A stretch of 56,349 nucleotides of DNA from a virus (taxonomy: Duplodnaviria; Caudoviricetes), in IMG/VR virus record IMGVR_UViG_3300020477_000031, positions 1-56,349 of that record. One strand, given 5' to 3'. Both the position numbers and the translations under genes were made by a program. Of the stretch, positions 47,321-56,349 are shown piece after piece. Position 1 is the first letter of the stretch. Each line of letters opens with the position of its first letter. Below the pieces are notes generated by a model. That model made no database searches and was not told the origin of the DNA. It worked only from the letters and a program-made list of their open reading frames with translations.

Positions 47321-48377
47321 TAAGGCAGATTTGAATGAAAAATTCATATCATTTCTTGACCAAGTTAAAGATGAAAAACATAAACCAATAGTAAATCTTA
47401 ATGATAGAGTTTTAATCGTGGATGGCCTGAATACTTTTATTCGGGCTTTTTCCGTTAATCCAGCAATTAATGATGATGGATTACATATAGGTGGTTTAAT
47501 CGGGTTTCTTAAATCATTGAGGTATACATGTGATATTTTGAAACCATCGAGATGTATTATAGTATTTGATGGTAAAGATGGTTCTAAAAGGCGTAGAAAA
47601 ATATACCCAGAATATAAAGCCAATCGTAAAGTTAAAAAAAGATTGAATAGGAATGTGGATTGGGGTACAGCACCTGCAGATGAGGAGGAATCAATGAAGT
47701 TACAAATGGGGCGGTTGATTGAATATCTCGAACAACTACCCCTTTCATTGATTTGTATTGACGGTATAGAAGCCGATGACGGAATGGCTTATATTTCACA
47801 ACAACTTTTACCAGAGAGTGATGTTATATTAATGTCTACAGACAAAGACTTCTTACAATTGGTGGATGATAGAGTTAAAGTTTGGTCACCAACAAAAAAG
47901 AAACTTTATAATAAGAAAGCTGTATTTGATGAATATGGTATACATTCCTGTAATGTTTTAACTTACAGAATATTGGATGGTGATAAATCGGATAATATAG
48001 GCGGAATAAAAGGTGCTGGACTTAAAAGCTTGAAAAAATTCTGCCCACATATTTCTCTAGAAGAAAAATTTGATGTTAAGGATTTGTTAAATTTTGTAGA
48101 AAAATCAGATTCTAAAATAAAACTCTTGGAAAATATAAAAAATGGTAGTAAATTAGTGAAAAGGAATTACTTACTAATGCAACTATCTAATGTGAATATA
48201 TCAAATAATACGAAACTTAAAATACAAGGATCTATTGATAGGGATATACCACATTTGGTGAAATATAAGTTTCAAGCTATGTTTTTAAGTGATAAATTAT
48301 CTACACAAATTAAAAATTTTGATGATTGGATAATGGAATTTACAAGACTTGATAAATTTAGAGGATTAAATGGCTGA
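47310..48377 (+). CDS. 5'-3' exonuclease / flap endonuclease (T4 RNase H-like)
   Basis: LIVDG.N, VFDG, YPEYKANR, EADD, STDKDFLQL, GDKSDNI.GIKG.G. Confidence 0.93.
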   Translation: MSFNKADLNEKFISFLDQVKDEKHKPIVNLNDRVLIVDGLNTFIRAFSVNPAINDDGLHIGGLIGFLKSLRYTCDILKPSRCIIVFDGKDGSKRRRKIYPEYKANRKVKKRLNRNVDWGTAPADEEESMKLQMGRLIEYLEQLPLSLICIDGIEADDGMAYISQQLLPESDVILMSTDKDFLQLVDDRVKVWSPTKKKLYNKKAVFDEYGIHSCNVLTYRILDGDKSDNIGGIKGAGLKSLKKFCPHISLEEKFDVKDLLNFVEKSDSKIKLLENIKNGSKLVKRNYLLMQLSNVNISNNTKLKIQGSIDRDIPHLVKYKFQAMFLSDKLSTQIKNFDDWIMEFTRLDKFRGLNG

Positions 48378-49731
48378 TAGATTACAAGAATTTGGACATA
48401 ATTTTCAGATAAAATCTGTTGTTTGTTTGATGACAAAACCCAACTTCATTGAACAAATTATAGATATATTGGATGAAAGTCATTATGATAATGACAGTTT
48501 AAAATGGATAGTAAAAGAATGTAAACAATATTTTAATGATTATAAAAAACCTATAACACTTGATGTATTTAAAGTTAATATAAATGAAATAGAAAATGAT
48601 GTATTAAAGACTACTGTTGTTGAAACTCTTAAAGAAATATATAGATATATGGAAGCACCAGATTTAGATTTTGTTCAAGATAAGTGTATAGATTTTTTTA
48701 AGAACCAAACATTAAAAAATGCTATTGTTCAATCTGTTGATATATTGGAAACGAAGGGTGATTATGAACAAATAAAGAATATCATTGATAATGCTATGAA
48801 AGCTGGTACGGAAAGAAATATAGGTCATGAATATATAGAAGATATAGAACACAGATATTCTGAAATGGCTCGTAATACTACTGAAACTCCATGGGATGTT
48901 ATTAATGATTTAACACAAGGTGGTTTGGGTGGTGGTGAACTTGGTGTGATCGTGGCACCAGCTGGTATTGGTAAAACTTGGATATTATGTGCTCTTGGTG
49001 CTGGTTCTATGAAAAAGGGAGCTAATGTTGTTCATTATACATTAGAATTAAATGAAGCGTATGTTGGATTGAGATATGATTCTATATTTACAGGTATAGC
49101 CAATCAAAATCTTAAATATCACAAAGATGAAGTTAAGTCGGCTATTGAAAATGTAGATGGTGATTTGGTAGTAAAATATTTCCCAACTAAAACTGCATCT
49201 GTGCATACTTTAGGTGCACATTTACAACAATTGAAAATGTTGGGTAAAGATTTTGATATGGTAGTTGTTGATTACGGTGATATATTGAGAGATACAAGAG
49301 GTGGTTCTGAAGTTAGGCACGCTCTTGGAAACATATATGAAGATTTAAGAGGATTGGCTGGTGAATTTGATGTACCAATATGGACAGCTTCACAAGCTAA
49401 TCGTTCGGCGTTAGATGAAGATGTCATTGAAGCTACGAAAGTTTCTGAATCATATCAAAAAGTGATGACTGCAGATTTTGTAATTTCATTATCGAGAAAA
49501 GTAGAAGATAAGATAAGTAATACTGGTAGATTTCATGTCATTAAGAATAGATTTGGTCCTGATGGATTGACATACCCAGCTAAAGTTAATACCAATAATG
49601 GTACTGTTGAAATATTTGAAAGTACTACTGTGGATGGTAAAGAAACACAAAATAAAATTGATAACAGAGATAATTTAACGAAGAAATTGTTGGCCAGTAA
49701 ATTTGAAGATTTAATGAGTACTGATGGGTAG
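48370..49731 (+). CDS. DnaB-like replicative helicase (gp41-like)
   Basis: APAGIGKT, YTLEL, VVDYGD, WTASQANR, KNRFGPDG. Confidence 0.93.
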   Translation: MADRLQEFGHNFQIKSVVCLMTKPNFIEQIIDILDESHYDNDSLKWIVKECKQYFNDYKKPITLDVFKVNINEIENDVLKTTVVETLKEIYRYMEAPDLDFVQDKCIDFFKNQTLKNAIVQSVDILETKGDYEQIKNIIDNAMKAGTERNIGHEYIEDIEHRYSEMARNTTETPWDVINDLTQGGLGGGELGVIVAPAGIGKTWILCALGAGSMKKGANVVHYTLELNEAYVGLRYDSIFTGIANQNLKYHKDEVKSAIENVDGDLVVKYFPTKTASVHTLGAHLQQLKMLGKDFDMVVVDYGDILRDTRGGSEVRHALGNIYEDLRGLAGEFDVPIWTASQANRSALDEDVIEATKVSESYQKVMTADFVISLSRKVEDKISNTGRFHVIKNRFGPDGLTYPAKVNTNNGTVEIFESTTVDGKETQNKIDNRDNLTKKLLASKFEDLMSTDG

Positions 49732-49763
49732 GATATATGTGGTATAAAATAAGAGCAAGAGAT

Positions 49764-49907
49764 ATGAGTATGTTTAAACCAGAAGGTAAAGTTTTAGAAT
49801 TTTATTTGGGTGCAGATTCGAAAGAAAAATTAGATGAAATTTTAAAAGAAAAATCTGAAATAACAGATATTGAGTGGATTAAAGAGGAACCAAACGCATT
49901 TGAATAA
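49764..49907 (+). CDS. 47-aa hypothetical protein (not in ORF track)
   Basis: MSMFKPEGKVLEFYLGADSKEKLDEILKEKSEITDIEWIKEEPNAFE* fills the gap between helicase and ASCH. Confidence 0.45.
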   Translation: MSMFKPEGKVLEFYLGADSKEKLDEILKEKSEITDIEWIKEEPNAFE

Positions 49908-50250
49908 AATATTACATCTTAATTTATATAGAAAATACTTTGACGAAATAGCCAATGGAACTAAAACTATTGAATATAGAGATAAGACTGACTATTGGAA
50001 AAAAAGAATTGAAAATAGAGAATATGATGTTATAAAATTTAGAAATGGTTATGCTAAGAATGCACCAACAATGCTAGTTGAATATAAAGGTTGGGGTATA
50101 GATGTTTTTACTGGTGACTATGAATTATATTTAGGGAAAGTTTTAGAAGTTAATTACCAAGATGATTATATATTTAATACTGAATTTGGTAATGGTAAAA
50201 CAGTAGAAGAAATGAAAGAAATAGATAGGAAAAATCGTTATGGAAAATGA
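49900..50250 (+). CDS. ASCH domain protein
   Basis: YFDEIANGTKTIEYR (GxKxxExR), FRNGY; probable TTG start at 49900. Confidence 0.85.
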   Translation: MNKILHLNLYRKYFDEIANGTKTIEYRDKTDYWKKRIENREYDVIKFRNGYAKNAPTMLVEYKGWGIDVFTGDYELYLGKVLEVNYQDDYIFNTEFGNGKTVEEMKEIDRKNRYGK

Positions 50251-50321
50251 AATAATAGGTTATATAGAAATACCAGAAGATTATTGGACATATTCACATA
50301 ATGTAGAATATATTGTGGTGG

Positions 50322-50897
50322 ATGATTAGATTAGAACAAGTAAATACTGATGGTCAAAAAAAGGTTGTGAAATATTTGATAGAAAATTATCATTCATATG
50401 TACCATCATCAAAATCTGTTGGTAGAAGAATAGATTGGTTGATATATGATGATGATACATTTCCACTTGAAGCTGTTGGTATGATTGGTATAGGTTCTTC
50501 TGTATATCCACCTCCAAAAGCTATGTTAGAATTTATGGGATTATCTAAATCAGAATATAAAGATGTGTTTAACACTGTTTCCAACAATTGGAGATTCTGT
50601 ATGAAGAAATTTATTAAGAATGGTGGAACACAAATATTAAAACAAGTTAGACAATTAGCACCAAAGGCTTGGAAAGAAAAATATGGTGATGATTTAAAAT
50701 ATTTAATTACATTTGTTGGCGGTGGTAATAATGGGGCAGTATATAAAGCTGATAATTGGTTTATGGTTGGTAAAACGGCTGGATTACCAAAACATAAAAT
50801 GGTATCAATGAAATGGAATACAGGTGAAGAACTTAAAGAAAAGTTTGTTAAACCAACAGGTGAAAATAAAAAATTAATATTTATGAAAAGGTTATAA
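50322..50897 (+). CDS. Mom/DUF4338-like GNAT-fold DNA modification protein
   Basis: IENYHSY, GRRI, NNWRF, W..KYGD, GAVYKADNW..VGKT.G. Confidence 0.7.
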   Translation: MIRLEQVNTDGQKKVVKYLIENYHSYVPSSKSVGRRIDWLIYDDDTFPLEAVGMIGIGSSVYPPPKAMLEFMGLSKSEYKDVFNTVSNNWRFCMKKFIKNGGTQILKQVRQLAPKAWKEKYGDDLKYLITFVGGGNNGAVYKADNWFMVGKTAGLPKHKMVSMKWNTGEELKEKFVKPTGENKKLIFMKRL

Positions 50898-50898
50898 G

Positions 50899-51528
50899 TT
50901 GAAAGTAAGTGAATTTACAATAGAACCTGTTATTAAGAAGGCAGTTACACCTTTTATTGAAAAATGGCATTATTCACATTATGCTGGTGGTATACAACAT
51001 AAACAATGTTTTGGGTTATATTCACCTGATGGTCCTTTTGGATTACCACGAATGATTGGTGCTATGATATATGGACAACCAGCAATGCCGGATACAGCTA
51101 AAAAATATAATCCAGATGATCCGATGAAATGTTGGGAGTTACGAAGATTATGCTGTATAGATGACACACCTACAAATACAGAAAGTTATTTTATAGGACA
51201 AACATTGAGATGGATAAGACAAAATACAGATATAGAGGTTATTATATCTTATTCTGATTTACATCAGGGGCACGAAGGAACTATTTATAAAGCAAGTAAT
51301 TTTATAAATTTAGGTCAAACATCACCAGCGAAAGTGTTGATGGTTGATGGTAAAGAATATCACCCGAGATCTATGAATAATAAACATAGACCTTATGGAA
51401 GAGAATTAAAAAGAAGATGGGATAATAAAGATGAAAATATATTTTATGTGGATAGGAAACCTAAAAATATTTTTGTTTATTATTTAAATAAAAAAGTTAA
51501 AAAGAAATTATTGAATCAATATTTATAA
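50899..51528 (+). CDS. Mom-like adenine modification protein
   Basis: FIEKWHYS, ELRRLC, NTESYFIG..LR, ISYSD..QGH.GTIYKASNF..LG.T. Confidence 0.82.
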   Translation: MKVSEFTIEPVIKKAVTPFIEKWHYSHYAGGIQHKQCFGLYSPDGPFGLPRMIGAMIYGQPAMPDTAKKYNPDDPMKCWELRRLCCIDDTPTNTESYFIGQTLRWIRQNTDIEVIISYSDLHQGHEGTIYKASNFINLGQTSPAKVLMVDGKEYHPRSMNNKHRPYGRELKRRWDNKDENIFYVDRKPKNIFVYYLNKKVKKKLLNQYL

Positions 51529-51560
51529 TTGATTCGCCGAAAATATAGGAGTTACAATTA

Positions 51561-53417
51561 ATGGACATTTCAAAACAAATTTTATCAGATATAACAGTTT
51601 ATATGAAATATGCTAGGTATTTACCTAACTTAAAAAGAAGGGAAACATGGGAAGAATTAGTTACTCGTAACAAAAAAATGCATGTGAAAAAGTATCCAGA
51701 ATTAAGGAAAGAAATAAATAAAGCTTATAAATTAGTTTATGATAAAAAAATATTACCATCAATGAGAAGTATGCAATTTGCTGGTAAGTCGGTAGAAATA
51801 TCACCCAACAGAGTTTATAATTGTGCTTATCTTCCAATAGATAATTGGCAATCATTTTCAGAGGTAATGTTTTTATTACTTGGTGGAACTGGAGTTGGTT
51901 ATTCAGTTCAAAAACATCATGTAGAAAAATTACCAGAAATCCACAGACCTAATCCAAAAAGAAAAAGAAGATTTTTAATTGGTGATTCAATTGAAGGTTG
52001 GGCAGATGCTGTAAAGATATTAATGAAATCATTCTTTTATGGTGGTTCACACATCAAATTTGATTTTTCAGATATAAGACCAAAAGGTGCTGAATTAGTT
52101 ACAAGTGGTGGTAAAGCACCTGGACCACAACCACTGAAAGAATGTATTGTAAAAATTCAAGGTATATTAAATCAAAAAGAAAATGGTGATAAATTAACAA
52201 CATTAGAAGTTCATGATATCGTATGTTATATAGCAGATGCTGTGTTGGCTGGTGGTATCAGAAGAGCTGCTTTAATATCATTATTTTCTGCGGATGATGA
52301 TTCTATGATTTCCAGTAAATATGGAAATTGGTGGGAGGAAAACCCACAAAGAGGTAGAGCTAATAACTCTGCTGTACTGGTTCGTTCAAAAGTTACCGAA
52401 GATTTTTTCTTTGATTTGTGGGAAAAGATTAAATCAAGTGGTAGTGGAGAACCAGGAATTTATCTTACCAATGACAAAGATTGGGGAACTAATCCTTGTT
52501 GTGAAATAGCATTAAGGCCATACCAATTCTGTAATCTAACAGAGGTGAATGTATCAAATGTTGAATCCCAAGATGACTTAAATGAAAGAGTTAGAGGTGC
52601 AGCCTTTATAGGAACTCTACAAGCAGGATATACAGAGTTTCATTATTTACGACCGGTATGGCAAAGAACTACTGAAAAGGATGCTTTGATTGGTGTATCT
52701 ATGACAGGTATTGCATCAAACAAAGTATTAGACTTAGATGTGACAAAAGCTGCGAATGAAGTTAAAAAAGAAAACAAAAGAGTTGCTGATATATTGGGTA
52801 TAAAATCAGCAGCTAGATGTACAACTGTAAAACCTGCAGGAACAACATCATTGACTTTAGGAACTTCAAGTGGTATTCATGCCTGGCATAATGATTTTTA
52901 TATCAGAAGAATAAGAGTTGGTAAGAATGAAGCTATATATGACTATTTATTAAAGAATCATCCTGAATTAGTTGAAGATGAATACTTTAGACCACATGAT
53001 ACGGCTGTTATATCTGTTCCACAAAAAGCACCTGAAGGATCTACATTAAGAACTGAATCAGCATTCCAATTATTAGATAGAGTAAAATTCATTAGTGAAA
53101 ATTATGTTAAAAAAGGTCATAGAAGTGGTATGAATACACATAATGTATCTGCTACAATATCAGTACAAGAGAATGAATGGGACGACATAGGTCAATGGAT
53201 GTGGAATAATCAAAAAGCTTATAATGGTTTAAGTATATTACCTTATGATGGTGGAACTTACAAACAAGCACCATTTGAAGATTGTGAAGAAGCTACTTAT
53301 GAAAAGATGATGGAATCTTTAAAACAAGTAGATTTATTTAAAATAATAGAAGAACAAGATGACACTGATTTAAAAGGTGAAGTCGCGTGTTCAGCGAATG
53401 GATGTGAAATAGTTTAA
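51561..53417 (+). CDS. nrdJ: class II (B12-dependent) ribonucleotide reductase
   Basis: KYAR, RRETW, PSMR, NCA, LGGTGVG, GGIRRAA, TNPCCEI, CNL, VKPAGT, C-terminal ACSANGC. Confidence 0.93.
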   Translation: MDISKQILSDITVYMKYARYLPNLKRRETWEELVTRNKKMHVKKYPELRKEINKAYKLVYDKKILPSMRSMQFAGKSVEISPNRVYNCAYLPIDNWQSFSEVMFLLLGGTGVGYSVQKHHVEKLPEIHRPNPKRKRRFLIGDSIEGWADAVKILMKSFFYGGSHIKFDFSDIRPKGAELVTSGGKAPGPQPLKECIVKIQGILNQKENGDKLTTLEVHDIVCYIADAVLAGGIRRAALISLFSADDDSMISSKYGNWWEENPQRGRANNSAVLVRSKVTEDFFFDLWEKIKSSGSGEPGIYLTNDKDWGTNPCCEIALRPYQFCNLTEVNVSNVESQDDLNERVRGAAFIGTLQAGYTEFHYLRPVWQRTTEKDALIGVSMTGIASNKVLDLDVTKAANEVKKENKRVADILGIKSAARCTTVKPAGTTSLTLGTSSGIHAWHNDFYIRRIRVGKNEAIYDYLLKNHPELVEDEYFRPHDTAVISVPQKAPEGSTLRTESAFQLLDRVKFISENYVKKGHRSGMNTHNVSATISVQENEWDDIGQWMWNNQKAYNGLSILPYDGGTYKQAPFEDCEEATYEKMMESLKQVDLFKIIEEQDDTDLKGEVACSANGCEIV

Positions 53418-53418
53418 A

Positions 53419-53460
53419 AAAAACGTTGTTTTGTATTGTCGATCAGTAATATATTTAAGT
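53419..53460 (+). promoter_or_regulatory. putative early/host-type promoter
   Basis: AAAAACGTTGTTTTGTATT; TTG-N21-TATATTTA. Confidence 0.55.
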
Positions 53461-53493
53461 ACTAAATTAAATTATAAATTTTAAAAGGTTAAT

Positions 53494-54873
53494 ATGTCAT
53501 ACACAACTAACGGAGCATTACAACACGAATCATCAGGAAACAAATGTTTAGATTTATTTTCTGTAATTGGTAATTTACGGGAGTGTAGTCGTACAGATGT
53601 ATTGGAACGATTTGAACAAGCATTTAATGAAAATCCAAAATTAGCTACACAGGTAGCATATTGGGCAAGAGCCGCACGACAAGGTTCAGGTGAGCGTAAA
53701 ACGTTTTATACGATTTTGGATGAGTTAGCAAAGACATCACCTGAGTTCGTTGCTAACAACGCTAATACTTTGGCATCATTAGGATATTATAAAGACCTAT
53801 TGAGGTACTTTAACATTGATGGTGTTGTGACTGCTTTTGCCCAAGCAATTAAATCAAAACATAGATTAGCTTGTAAGTGGGCACCTCGTAAGGGTGAGAA
53901 CGCTCGTAAGTTAAGAGATGAGTTAGGTTTCACTAATAAACAATATCGTAAATGGATTGGTGAACATTCAGAAACCGTTGAGGATTTGATGAGTAGCAAA
54001 CTGTTCAGTAGTGTAAACTATTCATCTGTTCCTGGTGGAGCTATGAGGAAATACAAAGATGCCTTTATGAAAAGAGATTTGGCTAGATTTGATGAATGGA
54101 AGAATGATAAAAACACAACAGCTGCTGTATCAGCCACATATCCTCATCAAGTTATAGAGGTAGCTGCTGGTGATGAAGCATTAGCAGATAAGATGTGGAA
54201 CAATTTAGAAGATTTTATAGTTGAAGGTGAGAACATTTTACCAATGATTGATACAAGTGGTAGTATGATAGGAATGCCTTTACAAGTAGCAATATCACTT
54301 GGTATGTATTTGGCTGAAAAAAACAAATCAGAATTTAAAGATACATTTTTAACATTTAGTGAAAGTCCAGAATTGGTTAGATTAGAAGGTCATGGTGTTG
54401 CTGATAGAATGAGAAACATTGGACAAGCTAATTGGGGAATGAATACAGATTTCACAAAGGCTTATGATTTGATATTACAAAGTGCTGTAACTTATAATGT
54501 AGATAAGAGTTCAATGCCAACTATGTTATTAGTATTATCAGATATGCAGTTTGATGATTCACAAGATGGTTGGAATAGTAATGTACCAAAAGTTCACTTT
54601 GATGACATTAAAGCTAAATTCAATAAGAGTGGTTATGAGATGCCAAAGTTAGTTTTCTGGAATCTTAATAGTTATAGTGGGAACCAATCTACAATGAATG
54701 AAGATGGAGTTTGTATGGTTTCAGGGTTTTCACCATCTATAATGAAAGCAATATTAAGTTGTGAAGATTTCAATCCAATGAATGTCATGATGGAAGCTCT
54801 TGAACCAATAGAGTTAGATTATACAAATTTAAAAGAAAAATTAGATATTGATTATCAACAGGAGGTATTATGA
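53494..54873 (+). CDS. DUF2828 / TROVE-like plus VWA protein
   Basis: TTNGA...SSG..CLDLF, R.G.GER, KWAPR, IDTSGSM, WGMNTD, SDMQFD, FWNL, SGFSP. Confidence 0.85.
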   Translation: MSYTTNGALQHESSGNKCLDLFSVIGNLRECSRTDVLERFEQAFNENPKLATQVAYWARAARQGSGERKTFYTILDELAKTSPEFVANNANTLASLGYYKDLLRYFNIDGVVTAFAQAIKSKHRLACKWAPRKGENARKLRDELGFTNKQYRKWIGEHSETVEDLMSSKLFSSVNYSSVPGGAMRKYKDAFMKRDLARFDEWKNDKNTTAAVSATYPHQVIEVAAGDEALADKMWNNLEDFIVEGENILPMIDTSGSMIGMPLQVAISLGMYLAEKNKSEFKDTFLTFSESPELVRLEGHGVADRMRNIGQANWGMNTDFTKAYDLILQSAVTYNVDKSSMPTMLLVLSDMQFDDSQDGWNSNVPKVHFDDIKAKFNKSGYEMPKLVFWNLNSYSGNQSTMNEDGVCMVSGFSPSIMKAILSCEDFNPMNVMMEALEPIELDYTNLKEKLDIDYQQEVL

Positions 54874-54953
54874 ACGAAATGCTTATATTTGGTTTAGTAG
54901 TAACAGGTTTAATTTTAATAGCTTGGTTAGCTGAAAAACAACAGAATAAATAG
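54870..54953 (+). CDS. 27-aa single-TM peptide (not in ORF track)
   Basis: MNEMLIFGLVVTGLILIAWLAEKQQNK* with a strong AGGAGG SD and ATGA overlap. Confidence 0.6.
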   Translation: MNEMLIFGLVVTGLILIAWLAEKQQNK

Positions 54954-54956
54954 ATA

Positions 54957-55009
54957 GTATTTTTTACAAGGACTTTTTATAGTAAAATGGTATTTTTTAC
55001 AAGGACTTT
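54957..55009. repeat. 20-bp direct repeat x2
   Basis: GTATTTTTTACAAGGACTTT at 54957 and 54990. Confidence 0.9.
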
Positions 55010-55087
55010 AAGTTAAATGGAAATACTTAATATACATAGTATGTCTAATATTCTATACTTACTATACAGAATAAATAAAAAGAAAGA

Positions 55088-55429
55088 TTGATGGAAAAAG
55101 AAACAGTAGGAAAAATAGAACAATTGACTGAAACAAAAACAGTTGAATTAACTGATATTGCTCCTTATATGGATGACAGGGAATTAACTGATGAGGTATT
55201 GGAAGAACTTGGATTTAATAGAGTTGAAATGACAATGGAAGAAACTGGAGCTGAAGATTTCTATTACTATGAATTGGAATTATTTCCAAATGATATTAAT
55301 GGTGATTTGACTTTACTTTCATCTGACAACAATAAAACAAAAGTTGTTACATTATATCCATACGACAAACCAGAGTTCAAAACTGCTGGCGGGATTAAAA
55401 CACTATTGATGGCAATGAAGGGTGAATAA
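55088..55429 (+). CDS. acidic hypothetical protein
   Basis: LTDEVLEELGF motif typical of small phage genes. Confidence 0.6.
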   Translation: MMEKETVGKIEQLTETKTVELTDIAPYMDDRELTDEVLEELGFNRVEMTMEETGAEDFYYYELELFPNDINGDLTLLSSDNNKTKVVTLYPYDKPEFKTAGGIKTLLMAMKGE

Positions 55430-55431
55430 GG

Positions 55432-55590
55432 ATGATTAAATATATTCTATCACATATTTTATACTATCTCGGAGATTTATGTTGTAAGTTACATCTCTAT
55501 ACACTATATCAGAAATTTATGGAATGGTCAGTAAAGTTAGACCCAGAATATAAAGTATGGAAGAAACCAGAAAAAGATTATTGGATATGA
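55432..55590 (+). CDS. 52-aa hypothetical protein (not in ORF track)
   Basis: MIKYILSHILYYLGDLCC...KDYWI*; ATGA overlap with the next gene. Confidence 0.5.
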   Translation: MIKYILSHILYYLGDLCCKLHLYTLYQKFMEWSVKLDPEYKVWKKPEKDYWI

Positions 55591-55844
55591 AAATTAAGTC
55601 AGTAATTTGTCCGTATTGTAAGGACATAATATATTCAAGAGCACGCTACGACTTCAGGTCTTGTGGTTGTGGTAAAACATCAGTTGATGGTGGCAATGGT
55701 GATAAAGATAATTGGGAATATGAAAGAGTAGTATATTCCAACGATGAATTACCTGAAAGTATTCAAGTTGAAGTAGATACAACACCACAAGAATTGTATG
55801 ATGATTGGAATTATAGAAAAAATAAGTTTGGAATAATAAATTAA
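55587..55844 (+). CDS. Zn-ribbon hypothetical protein
   Basis: CPYCKDIIYS...DFRSCGCG..SVDGG. Confidence 0.7.
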   Translation: MKIKSVICPYCKDIIYSRARYDFRSCGCGKTSVDGGNGDKDNWEYERVVYSNDELPESIQVEVDTTPQELYDDWNYRKNKFGIIN

Positions 55845-55895
55845 TCGTTATACACAAAAATCTATGTTAAAAGATAATATATTAATAGTTAGGAA

Positions 55896-56201
55896 TTGAA
55901 AATGAAAACAGCATTTCATTTAGAAAACATATTTGCAGTTCAATGTAGATTGGTTGGCGCTGACTATAACAGCGTAGATAGAACCAAACAAGATTGGTAT
56001 CTTGAATATCAATGGGATGAAGAAACAGAAAAACAATTTGAAGATTGGATGACGGACTATCTACATAAGTTACCAAAGGCACAATTAGAATTATACAATC
56101 GTAAGTATATGAGAAAAGATGAATGTAGAGAAGCAGTTAAAATGTTTCTACTTTCATATGGATGGAAAATGAAAACAAGTTGGAGGACAGAAAATGTCTG
56201 A
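55896..56201 (+). CDS. hypothetical protein
   Basis: Operon ORF with AGGA upstream. Confidence 0.55.
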   Translation: MKMKTAFHLENIFAVQCRLVGADYNSVDRTKQDWYLEYQWDEETEKQFEDWMTDYLHKLPKAQLELYNRKYMRKDECREAVKMFLLSYGWKMKTSWRTENV

Positions 56202-56349
56202 AAAAGGTAAACCAGCTAAAGATGGTTATACAAAAAACTTTTGGGGAGAAACAATAGAATTAAAATCATTTTCAACTGGTGTGTTTGTAGAATTACCAGA
56301 AGAATTATTAAAAGAATTAAAGTGGAAAGCTGGTGATGAAATAGAGGTA
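56194..56349 (+). CDS. AbrB/MazE-like DNA-binding protein (3'-truncated)
   Basis: GGAGG SD; ...GVFVELPEELLKELKWKAGDEIEV swapped-hairpin signature. Confidence 0.65.
   Translation, partial: MSEKGKPAKDGYTKNFWGETIELKSFSTGVFVELPEELLKELKWKAGDEIEV

Noticed and set aside
4762-53417. Inteins or introns in terminase, helicase, RecA or RNR
   Set aside because: Lengths are typical, with no intein terminal motifs or frame breaks.
54957-55009. Possible mini-CRISPR array
   Set aside because: Only two 20-bp repeats with a 13-nt spacer, no palindrome and no cas genes.
265-56082. All minus-strand ORFs and short alternative-frame plus-strand ORFs in the track
   Set aside because: They overlap well-supported + strand genes and have shadow-like composition with no motifs or SDs.
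1-56349. Stop-codon reassignment as in some large phages
   Set aside because: Core genes are full length in the standard code, and TAA, TAG and TGA all end genes at sensible boundaries.

Overview
AT-rich segment of a large T4-like (myovirus, probably jumbo) phage genome. Every credible gene is on the + strand in the standard code. The order is: ligase-like polyprotein and spanin/holin-like genes; terminase, portal and prohead protease; a cluster of small basic or modular proteins sharing N-terminal leader motifs (putative head-packaged cargo); actin-like ATPase; ribosomal protein bS21; scaffold and major capsid; neck, sheath and tube; holin and GH108 endolysin; tail chaperone with a likely programmed frameshift; tape measure and baseplate; tRNA-Pro and a ~118-nt RNA; VWA-peptidase; family A polymerase; SSB, RecA, 5' nuclease and helicase; ASCH plus two Mom-like genes; class II RNR; DUF2828/VWA; small early genes. 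The most striking element is the 118-nt RNA (37351-37468). It has an intact tmRNA tRNA-like domain (Ala G3:U70) but almost none of the mRNA-like/pseudoknot region, so it looks like a phage mini-tmRNA. All family calls come from manual motif recognition, not database searches.
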